Part shown: positions 12,444 to 25,344 of the stretch, piece after piece
Position numbering within the stretch: the stretch's first letter is position 1
How the letters are laid out: each line of letters opens with the position of its first letter
NCBI RefSeq assembly: GCF_006345805.1
Contig: NC_043019.1
Location: 24,861,360-24,925,359, forward strand
From: Octopus sinensis
Lineage: Eukaryota
Length of the DNA stretch: 64,000 bases
Reading direction: 5' to 3'
Translations under genes and position numbers: made by a program
Notes under the pieces: generated by a model
Told to the model about the DNA's origin: nothing
What the model saw: the letters and a program-made list of their open reading frames with translations, nothing else
Database searches by the model: none

Positions 12444-12676
12444 TTATGTATGTATGTGTGTGTATATGTTTGTGTGTCTGTGTCTGACCCCCCAACATCA
12501 CTTGGCAACCGATACTTGTGTGTTTACGTCCCCGTAACCTAGCGGTTCGGCAAAAGAGACCGATAGAGTCAGTACAAGGCTTGCAAAGAATAAGTCTTGG
12601 GATCGATTTGCTCGACTTGTGGCGGTGCTCCAGCATGGTCGCAGTCAAATGACTGAAACAAGTAAAAGAGTAAAAA

Positions 12677-12712
<36 letters not shown>

Positions 12713-13435
12713 TCTAAGCAGTAGCCAGCATGTCGAAAGATAGATTACATTAAATGTGTATTTAAAAACGTTTCAAAGAACGATAAATACTGTTTTACTG
12801 ATAACCTTCACTTTTTACAGCTAACACCCACCCAATAATCCACCTCCCCAACAGTACCACGAAGAACACACACACACATACACACGCACACACACACACG
12901 CACTTACACATACATTTTAACTACCTTTCTTATACCAATATGTTCGGTTCTTTTATATATTCATTTTTGTTTGGCCTGTTTATTTAAAAATCGCATGCCT
13001 ATGGAATTTGCCTTTATATCTTTGCATATCAGCGTGTATATATATATATATATATTATATATATATACATGTGCATACACACATACATGTATACACACAC
13101 ACACATATGTACATACATACACACACACACGCATAGGGAGATGTGTGTTAAATCAATGGCAACATGGAAGAAACTATGTGACCAAGTTATCCGAATATAC
13201 CATCAGCTACCAGAATGTTTATGTTAGCAGGGTACATGTTCCTTAGTTTTATAACAGCCTCACACATGCGCATACATCCATCCATACATAATACATATAT
13301 ACATACTTACCTATATGCAAGCACACACACATATATACACACACACCACACACTAGTTCTTAGAGTTTTACATGACTGATTCGTACTTTGCATATACATA
13401 GAAATATAGAAACAAACATATTAATGCGAGTGTAT

Positions 13436-13512
<77 letters not shown>

Positions 13513-13667
13513 TATTTTGGTGTAAATTTATGATTCGCGTGAATTCAAGAACCGCATTTTATGAAGCGTGGTAATAATCGGGAGTTTCCTGTCCAAAATG
13601 TTGCTATCTGTGTGTCCTAAAAACTAAGATGATGCAGAGGTTGTAGAATTGAAAGAAATATTGGTTT

Positions 13668-14103
13668 GAATTTTTGGCTCAAGGCCAGCGGGGCGGGTGG
13701 AATGAGTCGGTTATACCTAACCCAGCGTTTCACAGGTACTTATTTTATCGACATCGGAATGATGAATGGCAAAGTCGACCTCGGCGGAATCTGAACTTAG
13801 AACGCCAAGGCGGATGAAATGCCGCTAGGCATTTTGCCCGGCGTGGTAACGATTCTGCCAATTCGGTGCCTTAACGGAAAAAAAAAAATATTCTTTTCTA
13901 TTAAAAACACAAGGCCTGAAATTTTGTGGGAGGGGACAAGTTGATTGCATCGACCCCAGTACTCAATTGGTACTTATTTTATTGACCCTGAAAGGATGAA
14001 AGGCTAAGTCGGCCTCAGCGGAATTTGAACTCAGAACTTGAAGTCAACGAAATGCCTCTGAACTTCTAGCCGAGTGTGCCAACGATTCTGCTAGCTCGCC
14101 GCC
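13668..14103 (-). mobile_element. Two adjacent SINE B copies
   Basis: AAAGTCG(A/G)CCTC(G/A)GCGGAAT(C/T)TGAACT motif twice. Family B sense strand has TGGCAGAATCG and GAGTTCAAATTCC (box A/B-like). Confidence 0.8.
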
Positions 14104-14220
14104 TTAATTGAAAGAGATATTAACAATATTTAATAAGCCACAAATGGTTCTATAAAAGCAATAATGGGCCGATTTTATGCTATCGCTGAGTCAAAAGTAT
14201 TTCCTCTTCTTCTTCTTCGT

Positions 14221-14294
<74 letters not shown>

Positions 14295-14778
14295 TTTTTT
14301 TTTTCTTCTTTCAAATTTGCTTCCATTTCTTGCCGAGTGTCTTCCCGACTCCTAGGGCAAAGAAACTCATAGTATACATTGGTAGGCCATTAAACCAAAC
14401 TCAGTAGTTCGTCATTTTTTTTTTTTTTTAAGTTAAATTAAAATACATGAGAGCAGCAACAGTTCTCACATCGACAATGCTCTTCTCAATACGTGTGATG
14501 TACCAGTTAAGACAATCTTTTGCACTTCTTGCAGGGATGGTAAGCCAGGGATCATTCTCATATAATTTTCGGTTCCCTTCTTGATCATTCCTAGTGCTCC
14601 TACGATCACTGGTATTGTAACCGCCTTGAGATGCCACATTTTCTCAATTTCAATGAGTAGGTCTTTATATTTTCTGAGCTTGTCAAACTCTTTCGCTGAG
14701 ATATTATGATCACAGGGGATGCTCATGTCGATCAATAAGCAAACTTATGTTTTGGTCTTTCACAACAATATCTGGTTT
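14295..14778 (-). mobile_element. 5'-truncated R4/Dong-clade LINE (C-terminal restriction-like endonuclease region plus 3' UTR) inside (TAA)n
   Basis: KPDIVVKD (frameshift) IDMSIPCDHNISAKEFDKLRKYKDLLIEIEKMW...IPVIVGALG...LQEVQKIVLTGTSHVLRRALS*; flanked on both sides by (ATT)n. Confidence 0.85.
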
Positions 14779-14779
14779 A

Positions 14780-14840
<61 letters not shown>

Positions 14841-15209
14841 AAACACTTGGTTTTCGTAAAATACAAAGACAAGTACTGTTTCTTGAATTAGTTTTTGACT
14901 AAAACTGGCAATGGCTCGTGGTCCCGACCCGCTATATTTTGAGCTCAAATGCCGCCGAAGTCAATTTTCTTTTATTCTTTCAAGGTCGTGAAAAACAGTA
15001 CCAATCTGGGGGCAGATAATGTAAGAATGTTGTTGAATCGGGTGTCTTGCAGTATTTCGTTCCGATTCCTTGCACTCTGACAGCAACATTTGTGATGATA
15101 ATGGTGCCAAGCTGTATGGGCCCGTGTTGACGGCTTTTTTTCTTGAACAAAAATCAGAGATATGACGGACATAAATGTGCAGATGCTTGACCGACGGAAA
15201 ACCTACATA

Positions 15210-15420
15210 TACTCTTTACTCATTTTACTTGTTTCAGTCATTTGACTGCGGCCATGCTGGAGCACCGCCTTTAGTCGAGCAAATCGACCCCGGGACTTAT
15301 TCTTTGTAAGCCCAGTACTTATTCTATCGGTCTCTTTTGCCGAACCGCTAAGTGACGGCGACGTAAACACACCAGCATCGGTTGTCAAGCAATGCTAGGG
15401 GGACAAACACAGACACACAA

Positions 15421-15463
<43 letters not shown>

Positions 15464-15581
15464 CACGACAGGCTTCTTTCAGTTTCCGTCTACCAAATCC
15501 ACTCACAAGGCATTGGTCGGCCCGGGGCTATAGCAGAAGACACTTGCACAAGATGCCACGCAGTGGGACTGAACCCGGAAC
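15210..15581 (-). mobile_element. SINE A, 5'-truncated
   Basis: Near-identical to the reverse complement of other A copies; stops within the tRNA-like head. Confidence 0.9.
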
Positions 15582-16170
15582 GATAAAGAAAATTCAATTG
15601 TCTTTTTCGCAAAATATTCTAAGAAAAACCAAAATATTTAGTATGACTTCCAAATTCTGTTGCCACATCAAATATTTTTGTCTAATTAGGACGTTCTACA
15701 TAAATCAAGTACATGTAGAAAAATTCTCTAGTAGTAGTAGTAGTAGCCTCAGCATAATCCAGGCGTAGCACAGCATGACAAAATGCTCAGGCTGGGTGAC
15801 AGTTGGAGATTTCAAAACTATTGCTGCCGTGATATAATAAAGGCGATGTTGAAGAGCCAACATCGCCGTACAAATAGAAAACATATGAAGTAAACAGTTT
15901 GGTGAGCGAGGAATACGGTGAAGAGAAATAGAGTCTTTAGGGCAAGAAGTGGAAGGAGTCTCCCTTCCTCCTCTTCCTCTCCTCCTCTTCCTCCTCCTCC
16001 TCCTCCTCCTCTCCTTCATTGTTGTAATTTTGCATCTCACTAGAAAATCTAGAACCGAACACCCACCAACAGCAACTCACGCACATCAAGCTAAGAGTGG
16101 AACACTATGTTGTCACTTGACCTGCTAGAAATGGAAGCTAAATTTCTCTCTCCCTTTCTCTCTCTCTCTT

Positions 16171-16201
<31 letters not shown>

Positions 16202-16614
16202 AACTCTTAGATCTCACCCTACCATAACGAATAAGGTAAAAAGTGCATTAAATAATCTACACCTGCAGATGGAAGGGTCAAAGCTGGATTGAGGTTAATC
16301 ATAAGACAGCTGCACCAGCAAATATAATACTCTCATATATACATATGTGTGCGCATACATACATACATACATACATACATACATAAATATATAAATATTG
16401 TATATTTATGCATACTTATACATGCGCGCGCGCGCACACACACAAACATATATAGAATAATAATAAAGCTGGGGTGGAGAACGAGTGCATAGTGTGTGGG
16501 GTTATTTGGCAAAAACAAATGGAAAGAAAAGACCATTCCCAAATATAACCATTTCTGTTTCAACACAAACTTCTCAGCAGGAATCTTGCAAAACAAATGC
16601 ATACACGCGTGTAG

Positions 16615-16691
<77 letters not shown>

Positions 16692-16738
16692 CTGACAGAC
16701 AGACAGACAGACAGACAGATATATATATAGAGAGAGAT

Positions 16739-16800
<62 letters not shown>

Positions 16801-17188
16801 GTATGTATGTATGTATGTATGTATGTATGTATGTAGGTAGGTAGGTAGGTAGTTAGGTAGGTTGGTTGGTTGGTAGGGAGGTAAGCAGGTAGATAGATAG
16901 AGATATAGAGGTGGGGAGAGATGTATGATAAAATAGCGTTCCAGCGCTGACCATCCATTAGTGTATATCAAGAACTAACATTGTCCAGTGTACGAGTCAT
17001 TTCGTCCGATCTTCCTATCAGTTACCCAATTCGCCGCCTGTGAAAAATAAAAAGAAACAGAAAACGGACTGGATTACCACGGATGGAACGCCTCCGAACA
17101 GTTCGATCAGAGCTGATAAGGGTATTAGCAACAACAATAACTAAGCAAAGCGAATTATCAAATCTAATTGAGAATTTCATTATTTTAT

Positions 17189-17359
17189 TTGCACGCCGGG
17201 CGAAATGCTTCCTTTCTTTACGTTTTGAGTTCAAATTCCGCCGAGGTCGACTTTGCCTTCCATCCTTTCGGGGTCGATAAATTAACTACCAGCTGCGTGC
17301 TATCGGCTGGTCTCCTCCCCCACCCAAATTTCGGGCCTTGTGCCTAGAGTAGAAAAGAT
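17189..17359 (+). mobile_element. SINE B
   Basis: GAGTTCAAATTCCGCCGAGGTCGACTTTGCC core. Confidence 0.8.
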
Positions 17360-17495
17360 TATTTTCTTATTTGTTTCTAGCAATTTATTCGACGTTGACG
17401 GTGTTTCAAACCCGGCTTAAATACGCCGGGATTAAAATTCGATAAAGGAAAGTTATGAATTTTCAAATAAGGCTATCTCCACCATCACCACCTCT

Positions 17496-17538
<43 letters not shown>

Positions 17539-17733
17539 CCACAACGACCACCACCACCTGTCTTTAATCTCAATTAATTTACAACTTGTTTTTAGTTACA
17601 TAATTGAATTAGTTTCTGCGATAGTAATAATTACATGTGTGAGGGGATTTTCCGTGCGCGCGCGTGTGTATAATATATGTAGGTATATATACATACATAC
17701 ATACATACATACATACATACATAACATACATAT

Positions 17734-17785
<52 letters not shown>

Positions 17786-18278
17786 ATTTTAATGGAGATT
17801 TAACTCCTGTATATAGTACAACTGTTTTTTCGCTCGTATATGAGGTAAAGGTTAGTAAAGTTTGGTGTACGATAAAAATTTCAGATATTTGTCTTAAGCA
17901 TTCGGACAAGCAAATTCATAATTCAGAAGTATAACATGAGGTATTATTCTATTCAAATAACCACATATTTATATTAAGAGCTAGATGATAAGAATCTAGA
18001 AATATAAGAATATAAGCATAAAAATAAAACATTAAAATATATAAGGGGTACCATGAAAGTAGAAAATATATTAAAAGAGGCAATTGAAAGGATCAGTCCA
18101 AACCTACGGCCGTTTCAGATAAGTTTTAAGGGGCTGTAGGAAATAGTAAAAGTGTTCGCAACCCGGTATGGTCAATAGACGCTGAAATATTCTCACCTAA
18201 AAAACATTTTTAAATTATTGAGGATGTAAAGTTTCAATAATGAGAAACTACAATGCTACATGTGTGCTCATGCGCGTT

Positions 18279-18366
<88 letters not shown>

Positions 18367-18524
18367 TATATATATATACTTAAGCGCAGGTATGTGTGTG
18401 GTTCGAAGCATACTTCCTCAACAACATGGTTCTGGGTTCAGTCCCACTGCATAGGACCTTGGACACGTGTCTTCTACTATTACCTCTTCTACTATATATG
18501 TGTGTATATAAAAAGAATAATATA

Positions 18525-18660
18525 TATCGTTGGCGATTTTTTTCCTCTGTCTTCCCTTCTCTGGATCTTTCCTTCTTTCCTGGGCGTCCAATAATACTAT
18601 ATTTGTTCCACGTCCTCGCGTTGTTGTGTTTTTTGTGCTTTCTTGTTTGGATTAACTATA
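18525..18660 (+). mobile_element. Family E relative lacking the ribozyme-like segment
   Basis: Reverse complement of 43424-43606 with an internal deletion. Confidence 0.6.
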
Positions 18661-18677
18661 TATATATATACTTACAT

Positions 18678-18748
<71 letters not shown>

Positions 18749-19714
18749 ATATGTATGTATGTATGTACGTACATATACACCCGCAGACAATCGAATAAAG
18801 CAAGTACATTGTTCCTTCGCTATCATGCACCTGCTCATATTCGCATGACTCAGACAACTTTTAACTCCTGACATTTGCTTACGCACGTCCACAGAGCTAT
18901 TCACGTGCATGCGCAAACATTACCATACACTATTATATATATATATTTTATTTATATATATATATATATAATGTCACACGACTATCTCGACGAGGTCACA
19001 TTGACTACGACATTCATTGCACAATAGATACAAGGTCTAGTAACACACGTACACACACACGCACATTATTATATTTATGTATGTGTGTGTGCGTGTGTGT
19101 GTAATGCATGTTTGTGTGGATACTGTTAAAGAGTTATATCTTAAGTTTTGTACAATCAGTTCATAGTCTAGATGCCACGAGGTCATTTTTCTTTTTCAGA
19201 CTTCGTAAATACGGTTAGTGTATAGGAATGTGTATAGGAATGTGTAGTGACATCTTTTGCGGAGTTGGCGTAAGGAGCGGAAGTGGACGGTGGGGAATTT
19301 TCTATTTCCGGTCTATAAACATGCGAAATGGTTGAAAAAGATTTTTTGCGTGATTGCTTTAAAATCGTACACATACTACAGGTTTTTTCTTTGTTTGTGT
19401 TTGTGTGTGTGTATGAGTTAGTTTCTGTGTCGATGACGCAAATTTCGTCAGAAAAACGTTCCCACAACTACTCTGTCATCTCCAGGAACATCACCCCACA
19501 AAAAACAAAAAAAAAGCAAAAAGAAATTAAAAAAAGAGCATATATGGGGAATTAAATAAAACCGTAATCGACCCTTAACAGGAAATGATTATATCAGACA
19601 AATTATTATGAACAAGTAGCAAATTCACGAGAATCCAAACAGTCACTTTTATTCTTTTATTCTTTTACTCGTTTCAGCCATGCGGCTGCGGTCCTGCTGG
19701 AGCACCACTGTGGG

Positions 19715-20170
19715 GTTTTTTTATTTCCTCAGTCTGGGGTATTTCACATCACCACTTCTGTATGTGCCTTTGTCCCAGCTGTTGGTCCATTTGGTGTATA
19801 AGGGAATTTGATTCCGCTGCCCTCGTCTGCACCTTATGTCGCGTTGTTGGTTCATCCGGTATTATCTAGTTCGATTTTTGCAGATTTCTTAATTTTTGTC
19901 GCAGTATTCGAGGTGTGTCCGTACATTGAAGGAGAAAAGAGGAATGATGACACCTTTTTCTCGGGACCCGAAGGTTCTTAGTATCTAGGAGCTCATCCTA
20001 CGAACTATATCGACCTTATTGTTGATGGGGGCGCCCCTGCTGAGTTTGTTATCAACAATGACTCCTATGTCTCTGACATTATTAGATGCTATGAGCGGTT
20101 CCCCTGAAGGAAGAGAGTATGGTTGTTTTAGCATAGACTTTCTTCCAAAATGCATCAGCTCAAATTTTCC
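19715..20170 (-). mobile_element. CR1-clade LINE relic (region C-terminal to RT)
   Basis: Manual translation GKFELMHFG...VRDIGVIVDNKLS...RRMSS*ILRTFGSREKGVIIPLF...VRTHLEYC matches the CR1 pattern DLGV..D..L....LRTF..R....LY..LVRPHLEY; internal stop. Confidence 0.8.
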
Positions 20171-20338
20171 TTCGTAATGTAATTATAAAACCTGTAAATT
20201 ACTAATCAGTTTGCTTAAGTCAAAACATTTTAAACTAAAAATGAAGACATTTAATGATATGTAAGGTAAATAAACTGAAATTAAAAGAAAAAAATTGTAA
20301 ACTTTTTCACTGAAGGCGAATTTTTAATATATTTTCAG

Positions 20339-20812
20339 ATCGTCAACTCTCGGCCCAGTTGCCATTCGCTGAAGCCAGTCGTCGCTTTCTGAGCAACGTC
20401 ATCAGGGGTGGATCCCTTGCTGGAGATGAAGCAACAAATTTGAATAGCTTCTCTCGTTCCAGGGACCACAGTAACAACAGTTATATTGTGAAGCACAAAG
20501 TATGGCCGGAACGCTTGCTGCTAACAGTCCTTGATGACAGCCTTTGCGTGATAAGCTCAACACTCGGCTTGAAGACCAAGTTCCTTGTTCTCAGTTTATT
20601 GGAATCCCTGTGTGGCAGTACCTTCGATAAGAATGCTCCGACTGTAGGTCTTCAGACGTATTCTGTCAAAAGCCGGTTAGTCATGCCACTGAAGAAGCCG
20701 GCAACGAAACACGAACTGCGACACGCTGTCTTGTCTTACTACACTCATTCTGTAAAACTTCTGCAGCTCGATCGTGCTTTGGACCGCACTGTGTCCATCT
20801 TAAATACAACCA
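20339..20812 (+). CDS. Internal coding exon (phase 1-1, 474 nt): linker plus N-terminal half of a divergent VWA domain
   Basis: Acceptor tttttaatatattttcag, donor ACCA|gtaagt, open frame, non-repetitive. LLLTVLDDSLCV...KTKFLVLSLLESL...TVGLQTYS....VMPL....TKHELRHAV......LDRAL follows the VWA beta1-alpha1-beta2 pattern. Confidence 0.85.
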
Positions 20813-20858
20813 GTAAGTAAAACATTTGTTCATTGTTTTTCTTTTTATCTTAATTTTA

Positions 20859-21073
20859 CGAGGGGGTGTTGAAAGGTTCCTGGATTTAAGGGTGTCGAGA
20901 AAGGCCTGGTTGGGGGCCCAACCTTCCGAGTTCTTATATAGGGCTTAGAGAAAACTAAGGGACTGCTACAGTGTGTGAATCTGAGAGGGGAAATATGTTG
21001 AATATAATCATAACTAACTGATCCTCTTGTATTTTCTTTTAGCCAAAGCCACAAACTATCCAGCACCTCCTCA
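20859..21073. mobile_element. Mariner/Tc1-type MITE with TA target duplication
   Basis: TA|CGAGGGGGTGTTGAAAGGTTCCTGG ... CCACAAACTATCCAGCACCTCCTCA|TA; 46 bp into the VWA intron. Confidence 0.8.
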
Positions 21074-21604
21074 TATCTTTTGACGTTTGATGCTGTCTCT
21101 TATTATTTATCAATTTAAAGAATGGACAAGATGAAACAGTCTAACATACCATACAATGGCATTGTGCAGGATAATATAAATGGAATATGGGGAGATAATA
21201 TAAAGAAAATTGAATTGCAGAATTTTTAAGTCGAAATTTAAATGTTTCGATACGAGACGATGTAAATGATGATTTCAGTGGAAAACCCATAACATTGAAT
21301 CGATCCCAATAGATGGCTGGTGCTTACTTTTTCCGCCGCAGTCTTGGCCACGAATTTCTCAGGTGGGTATTGTCAAATAAATAGTTCCAGTTATATTATT
21401 TTATCGGCTACAGAGGAAAAAAGACAAATCAACTTTGATGTGATTTGAACGAAGAAACCAAACGTGACGAAATTAAAGCCAAGAGGTTATGCAGGATGCC
21501 GTACAAGTTCGGCCATTCAGCATGCTTAAGCTGGTTGCGCATTTGTTTCTATCATAAATCACACATTTTGAGGAGTGGAGAGTATAATCGATCAACTACC
21601 ACAT

Positions 21605-21933
21605 TTTAGGAGCACTCCGTCGGTTACGACGATGAGGGTCCCAACTGATACGATCAACGGAACAGCTTCCTCGTGAAATTAACGTGTAAGTGACTGAGCA
21701 ATCCACAGACACGTGTACCCCTAACGTAGTTCTCAGGGAGATTCAGCGTGACACAGAGTGTGACAAGGCCGGCCCTTTGAAATACAGGTACAACTCATTT
21801 TTGCCAGCTGAGTGGACTGGAGCAACGTGAAATAAAGTGTCTTGCTCAAGGACATAACGCATCGCCGGGAATCGAACTCACGACCTTACAATCGTCAGTC
21901 GAATGCCCTAACCACTAAGCCACGCGCCCTCAC
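21605..21933 (-). mobile_element. SINE family D with 12-bp target-site duplication
   Basis: Head GGGCGCGTGGCTTAGTGGTTAGGG...GAGTTCGATTCCC. TSD CAACTACCACAT at 21593-21604 and 21934-21945. Confidence 0.9.
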
Positions 21934-22077
21934 CAACTACCACATAATTGGTCCTTAAACGATGATAGCAGAAGGATAAAAGATGAAGTTAACCACAGCG
22001 GAATTTGAACTCAAAACAATATATTTTGTCCGTCACTCCATTGTGTTTTGACTTTCTCCCCGTTTCATCGCTTGAAA

Positions 22078-22970
22078 TATTGATTTCAAATTTTGGCACA
22101 AGGCCATCAAGTTCGAGGGAGGGGTAAATCGATTCCATCAACCCCCAGTGTTCAACTGGTACTTATTTTATCGACCCCCGAATGAATGAAAGGCAAAGTC
22201 GATCTCGGCAGAATTTGAACTGAGAACGTAAACACGGACGAAATGCCGCTAAGCATTTCGTCTGGCACCGTAACCATTCTGCCAACTCGCCGCCTTTCAT
22301 CGTTTAAAATATTGGTTTCAAATTTTGGCACAATGCCAGGAATTTCGGAGAAGGGGCTAAGTCGATAACATCTACCCCAGTACTCAACTGGTGCTTATTT
22401 TATTGATCCCGAAAGTATGAAAGACAAAGTCGACCTCAGTGGAATTTGAACTCAGAACGTGCAGGCAGACGAAATGTCGTCAAGCATTTTGTCCGGTATG
22501 CTAACGATTCCGCCAGCTCGTAGAAATATTAATAGTGAATTCCTACATGGGACACATGACCTCAAGATTGGGAGAAAGATATAGTTGATTAGATCTACCT
22601 CATTACTCAACTCGTTCTTATTTTATCGATCTCAGGAGAACGAAAAGTGAAGTCGACCAGCTTAAGATTTGAACTCTGAACTGAATATCGCTTGCTATTT
22701 TCAACCTCATTCCATCCTTTCGGCCTTTCTTTATCTTTCTTGTCGCCCTAAATAAAAATGATTCCGTCTAAGTTAAGCACAATCTTTGAGGAAGTGGGGT
22801 TAATCGCCTCTATCGATCTTCAGGAGTTGACTAGTACATTATTTTATCGATCCTGAAGAAAGGAGAGGCTAAGCTGAGATCGGTAGGGAAATTATCCGAG
22901 AGCGTAAAGTGATCTGAGAGCAAATACCGCAAGACATTTTGTTCGACGCTCTGTTGATTCTGCGAAACTT
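22078..22970 (-). mobile_element. Cluster of progressively older SINE B copies
   Basis: At least four same-orientation B cores; boundaries approximate. Confidence 0.7.
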
Positions 22971-23123
22971 CTCAACTTTATATTAAAACCAGTATAAGGC
23001 ACGGGACTGACCTAGATAAACAAAAAAAAGATAAAATAACTATTTCTAAGTTGTTTTCTCGAAAAAGGAAGATAACTTTTGATAATTTTACCGGTTACTA
23101 TAATATATTGTGGCTAATTTATA

Positions 23124-23154
<31 letters not shown>

Positions 23155-23560
23155 TAGTAATAACAATGATGATGATGATGATTATTCAACCGGAAGAAAT
23201 TGTATTAACAGCATCTGGTTATAGTTTCTCTTACACCCCACTCAGGAAACGAACCATATAAAACGTTGTTTACTATCATTGCATAATTAAACACGACTCA
23301 ATAAGTTTTTCATTTACAATAAAAGAAAAAAAAAGTAAAAACAGCACGTCGACTGCTTTGTCCTCGCCATCCCGTGACGTTGGGTTTTACTACAAATGGT
23401 AGGGCTGAAACAACTCTGCACATTCCTTCGGATCATAAAATATAGCAAGGAGTGAGATATGGTCCTGTGTTGTATTTAACAGCAGAAATATCGTGTACTG
23501 TATTTGGTGGATATTCAGTGTATAGCCGCAAGCCCTTTACTGGTATAAACTTGATAAGGC

Positions 23561-23640
23561 ACGTACCTCATAAAGGACGTACCTCATAAAGACAAACCTC
23601 ATAACGGACGTGCCTCATAAAGGACCTATCTCATAAAGCA
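23561..23640. repeat. About 16-bp tandem repeat x5 (CCTCATAAAGGACGTA)
   Basis: Direct inspection. Confidence 0.85.
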
Positions 23641-24557
23641 CGGTCCTACACATAGATATTCCTTTATGTATGTGCTCGATCTGCTATAAATCGCAGCCAA
23701 ATTTCCTTCGAACCACACTCTGCTACCTAAAATGGTTGGACACATTAGACAATGTAGTTCTAGATATATTATGGACAGAATGGTCATGGTTAGAATACTT
23801 TTGATTATGGCTCTACAGGATCAGAACTAACCTGTGGTTAAACAACAAAAACAATACGAATGAGACGATGAAGTAATGTGAAATTAACGAATATCTGGAC
23901 AAAAGCTAGACGAGGAAAGGCAGATGGTGAGACGCCGAACAATGCGTTTCATTGGTGTACAAGGAAGAGCCTCCGACCAGAGAGGAAAGAATAGCTACGC
24001 TAAGAGACTGAACTGTTTTACGGATCGAACAAAACTGATGTATTTGAAATTTTATAACTGCCAGGCTTTGTTACAGCCTCTATGCAACTACTGTGGGTCT
24101 GATTATATCACTCTGTGGTTAGTAGTTCATCTCTTGTCACTGATCTTTTAATCTATCCATGCCCAACACATTTAGTTCTTGTCTAGTTAGAAGTAGGTAC
24201 GACGACATCGCATTAAACACGACATCAGATTTGTAAAATAGACATGTGTTTCATCCTGAACCTTCAGTATTGAATCCAATCCAGACAACAGTCGGATAGG
24301 CCAGTCATATATTGAGGAAAGTTTGTTTCTCATTTGCTTAACACAACAGAAATGCCGACTTATTATTCCTGAGGCTGGAAATCGCTTTTGAACAAAACTG
24401 AGCAAAACAAAATAAAAAAATCTTTAATTTTACAAATTCATAGATTTAAAACTTATAAAAAAATTACTTTTAGGTTTTTTCTTTTTCCTTGATTTTAAGA
24501 TTTTATCAGCGAGGCATTTCAAAGTTGACTGAAACTAATAAAAGATACATATAATAT

Positions 24558-24968
24558 ACTCTTTTACTCTTTTACTCTCTTATTTGTTTCAGTCATTTGA
24601 CTGCGGCCATGCTGGAGCACCGCCTTTAGTCGAGCAAATCGACCCCGGGACTTATTCTTTGTAAGCCCAGTACTTATTCTATCGGTCTCTTTTGCCGAAC
24701 CGCTAAATAACGGAGACGTAAACACACCAGCATCGGTTGTCAAGCAATGCTAGGGGGACAAACACACAAACACATACACACATACACATATATATACATA
24801 TATACGACAGGCTTCTTTCAGTTTCCGTCTACCAAATCCACTCACAAGGCATTGGTCGGCCCGGGGCTATAGCAGAAGACACTTGCCCAAGATGCCACGC
24901 AGTGGGACTGAACCCGGAACCATGTGGTTGGTTAGCAAGCTACTTACCACACAGCCACTCCTGCGCCT
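24558..24968 (-). mobile_element. SINE A, full length, young
   Basis: Near-identical to the 45369, 62634 and 63562 copies. Confidence 0.92.
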
Positions 24969-25344
24969 ATATATGTACGTATAATTACAAATTAACGCAA
25001 AACATTTTGTCCGACGCACTAACGGTTCTGCTAATCCACAGCTCTAATCTAGTGATAATAAATAATGATTTCTGATTGAGACAGAAGACCGATAATTCTG
25101 AGGGAAGAGGATTAATCGATGCCATGAGCCATAATACTTGTCTAGTATTCCATTTAGTTCGTCTCAGAGAGAAGAAAGACGAAGTTGGTCACGGTGGAAT
25201 TTGAACTCAGAATTTAAAGATCCATCTAAAAATGCAGCAAGTCATTTAATCCGACTCTTTAGAGATTCAACTAATCCACCATACTATTAATAACAATAAT
25301 CCTTTCACAAGACCAGCAATTCCGGGGCTGAGTGGGGTGGGGAA

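Larger units (their letters stand above)
11773..12677 (+). mobile_element. SINE A split by nested insertions in its internal (TA)n
   Basis: A 5' half at 11773-11935 and A 3' half at about 12440-12677, with SINE C2 and element E in between. Confidence 0.8.

Noticed and set aside
13580-17653. Perfect kappaB 10-mers at 13580 and 17644
   Set aside because: About three matches to GGGRNNYYCC are expected by chance in 64 kb at roughly 36 percent GC (assumed), so not enriched.
20686-20715. CTGAAGA...GAAAC inside the VWA exon
   Set aside because: No helix II closing pair; explained by coding sequence.
24000-24405. Minus-strand acceptor plus 72-aa ORF with HVYFTNL, reminiscent of piggyBac HVYFDN
   Set aside because: Single weak motif, no TIRs or TTAA; needs an HMM search.
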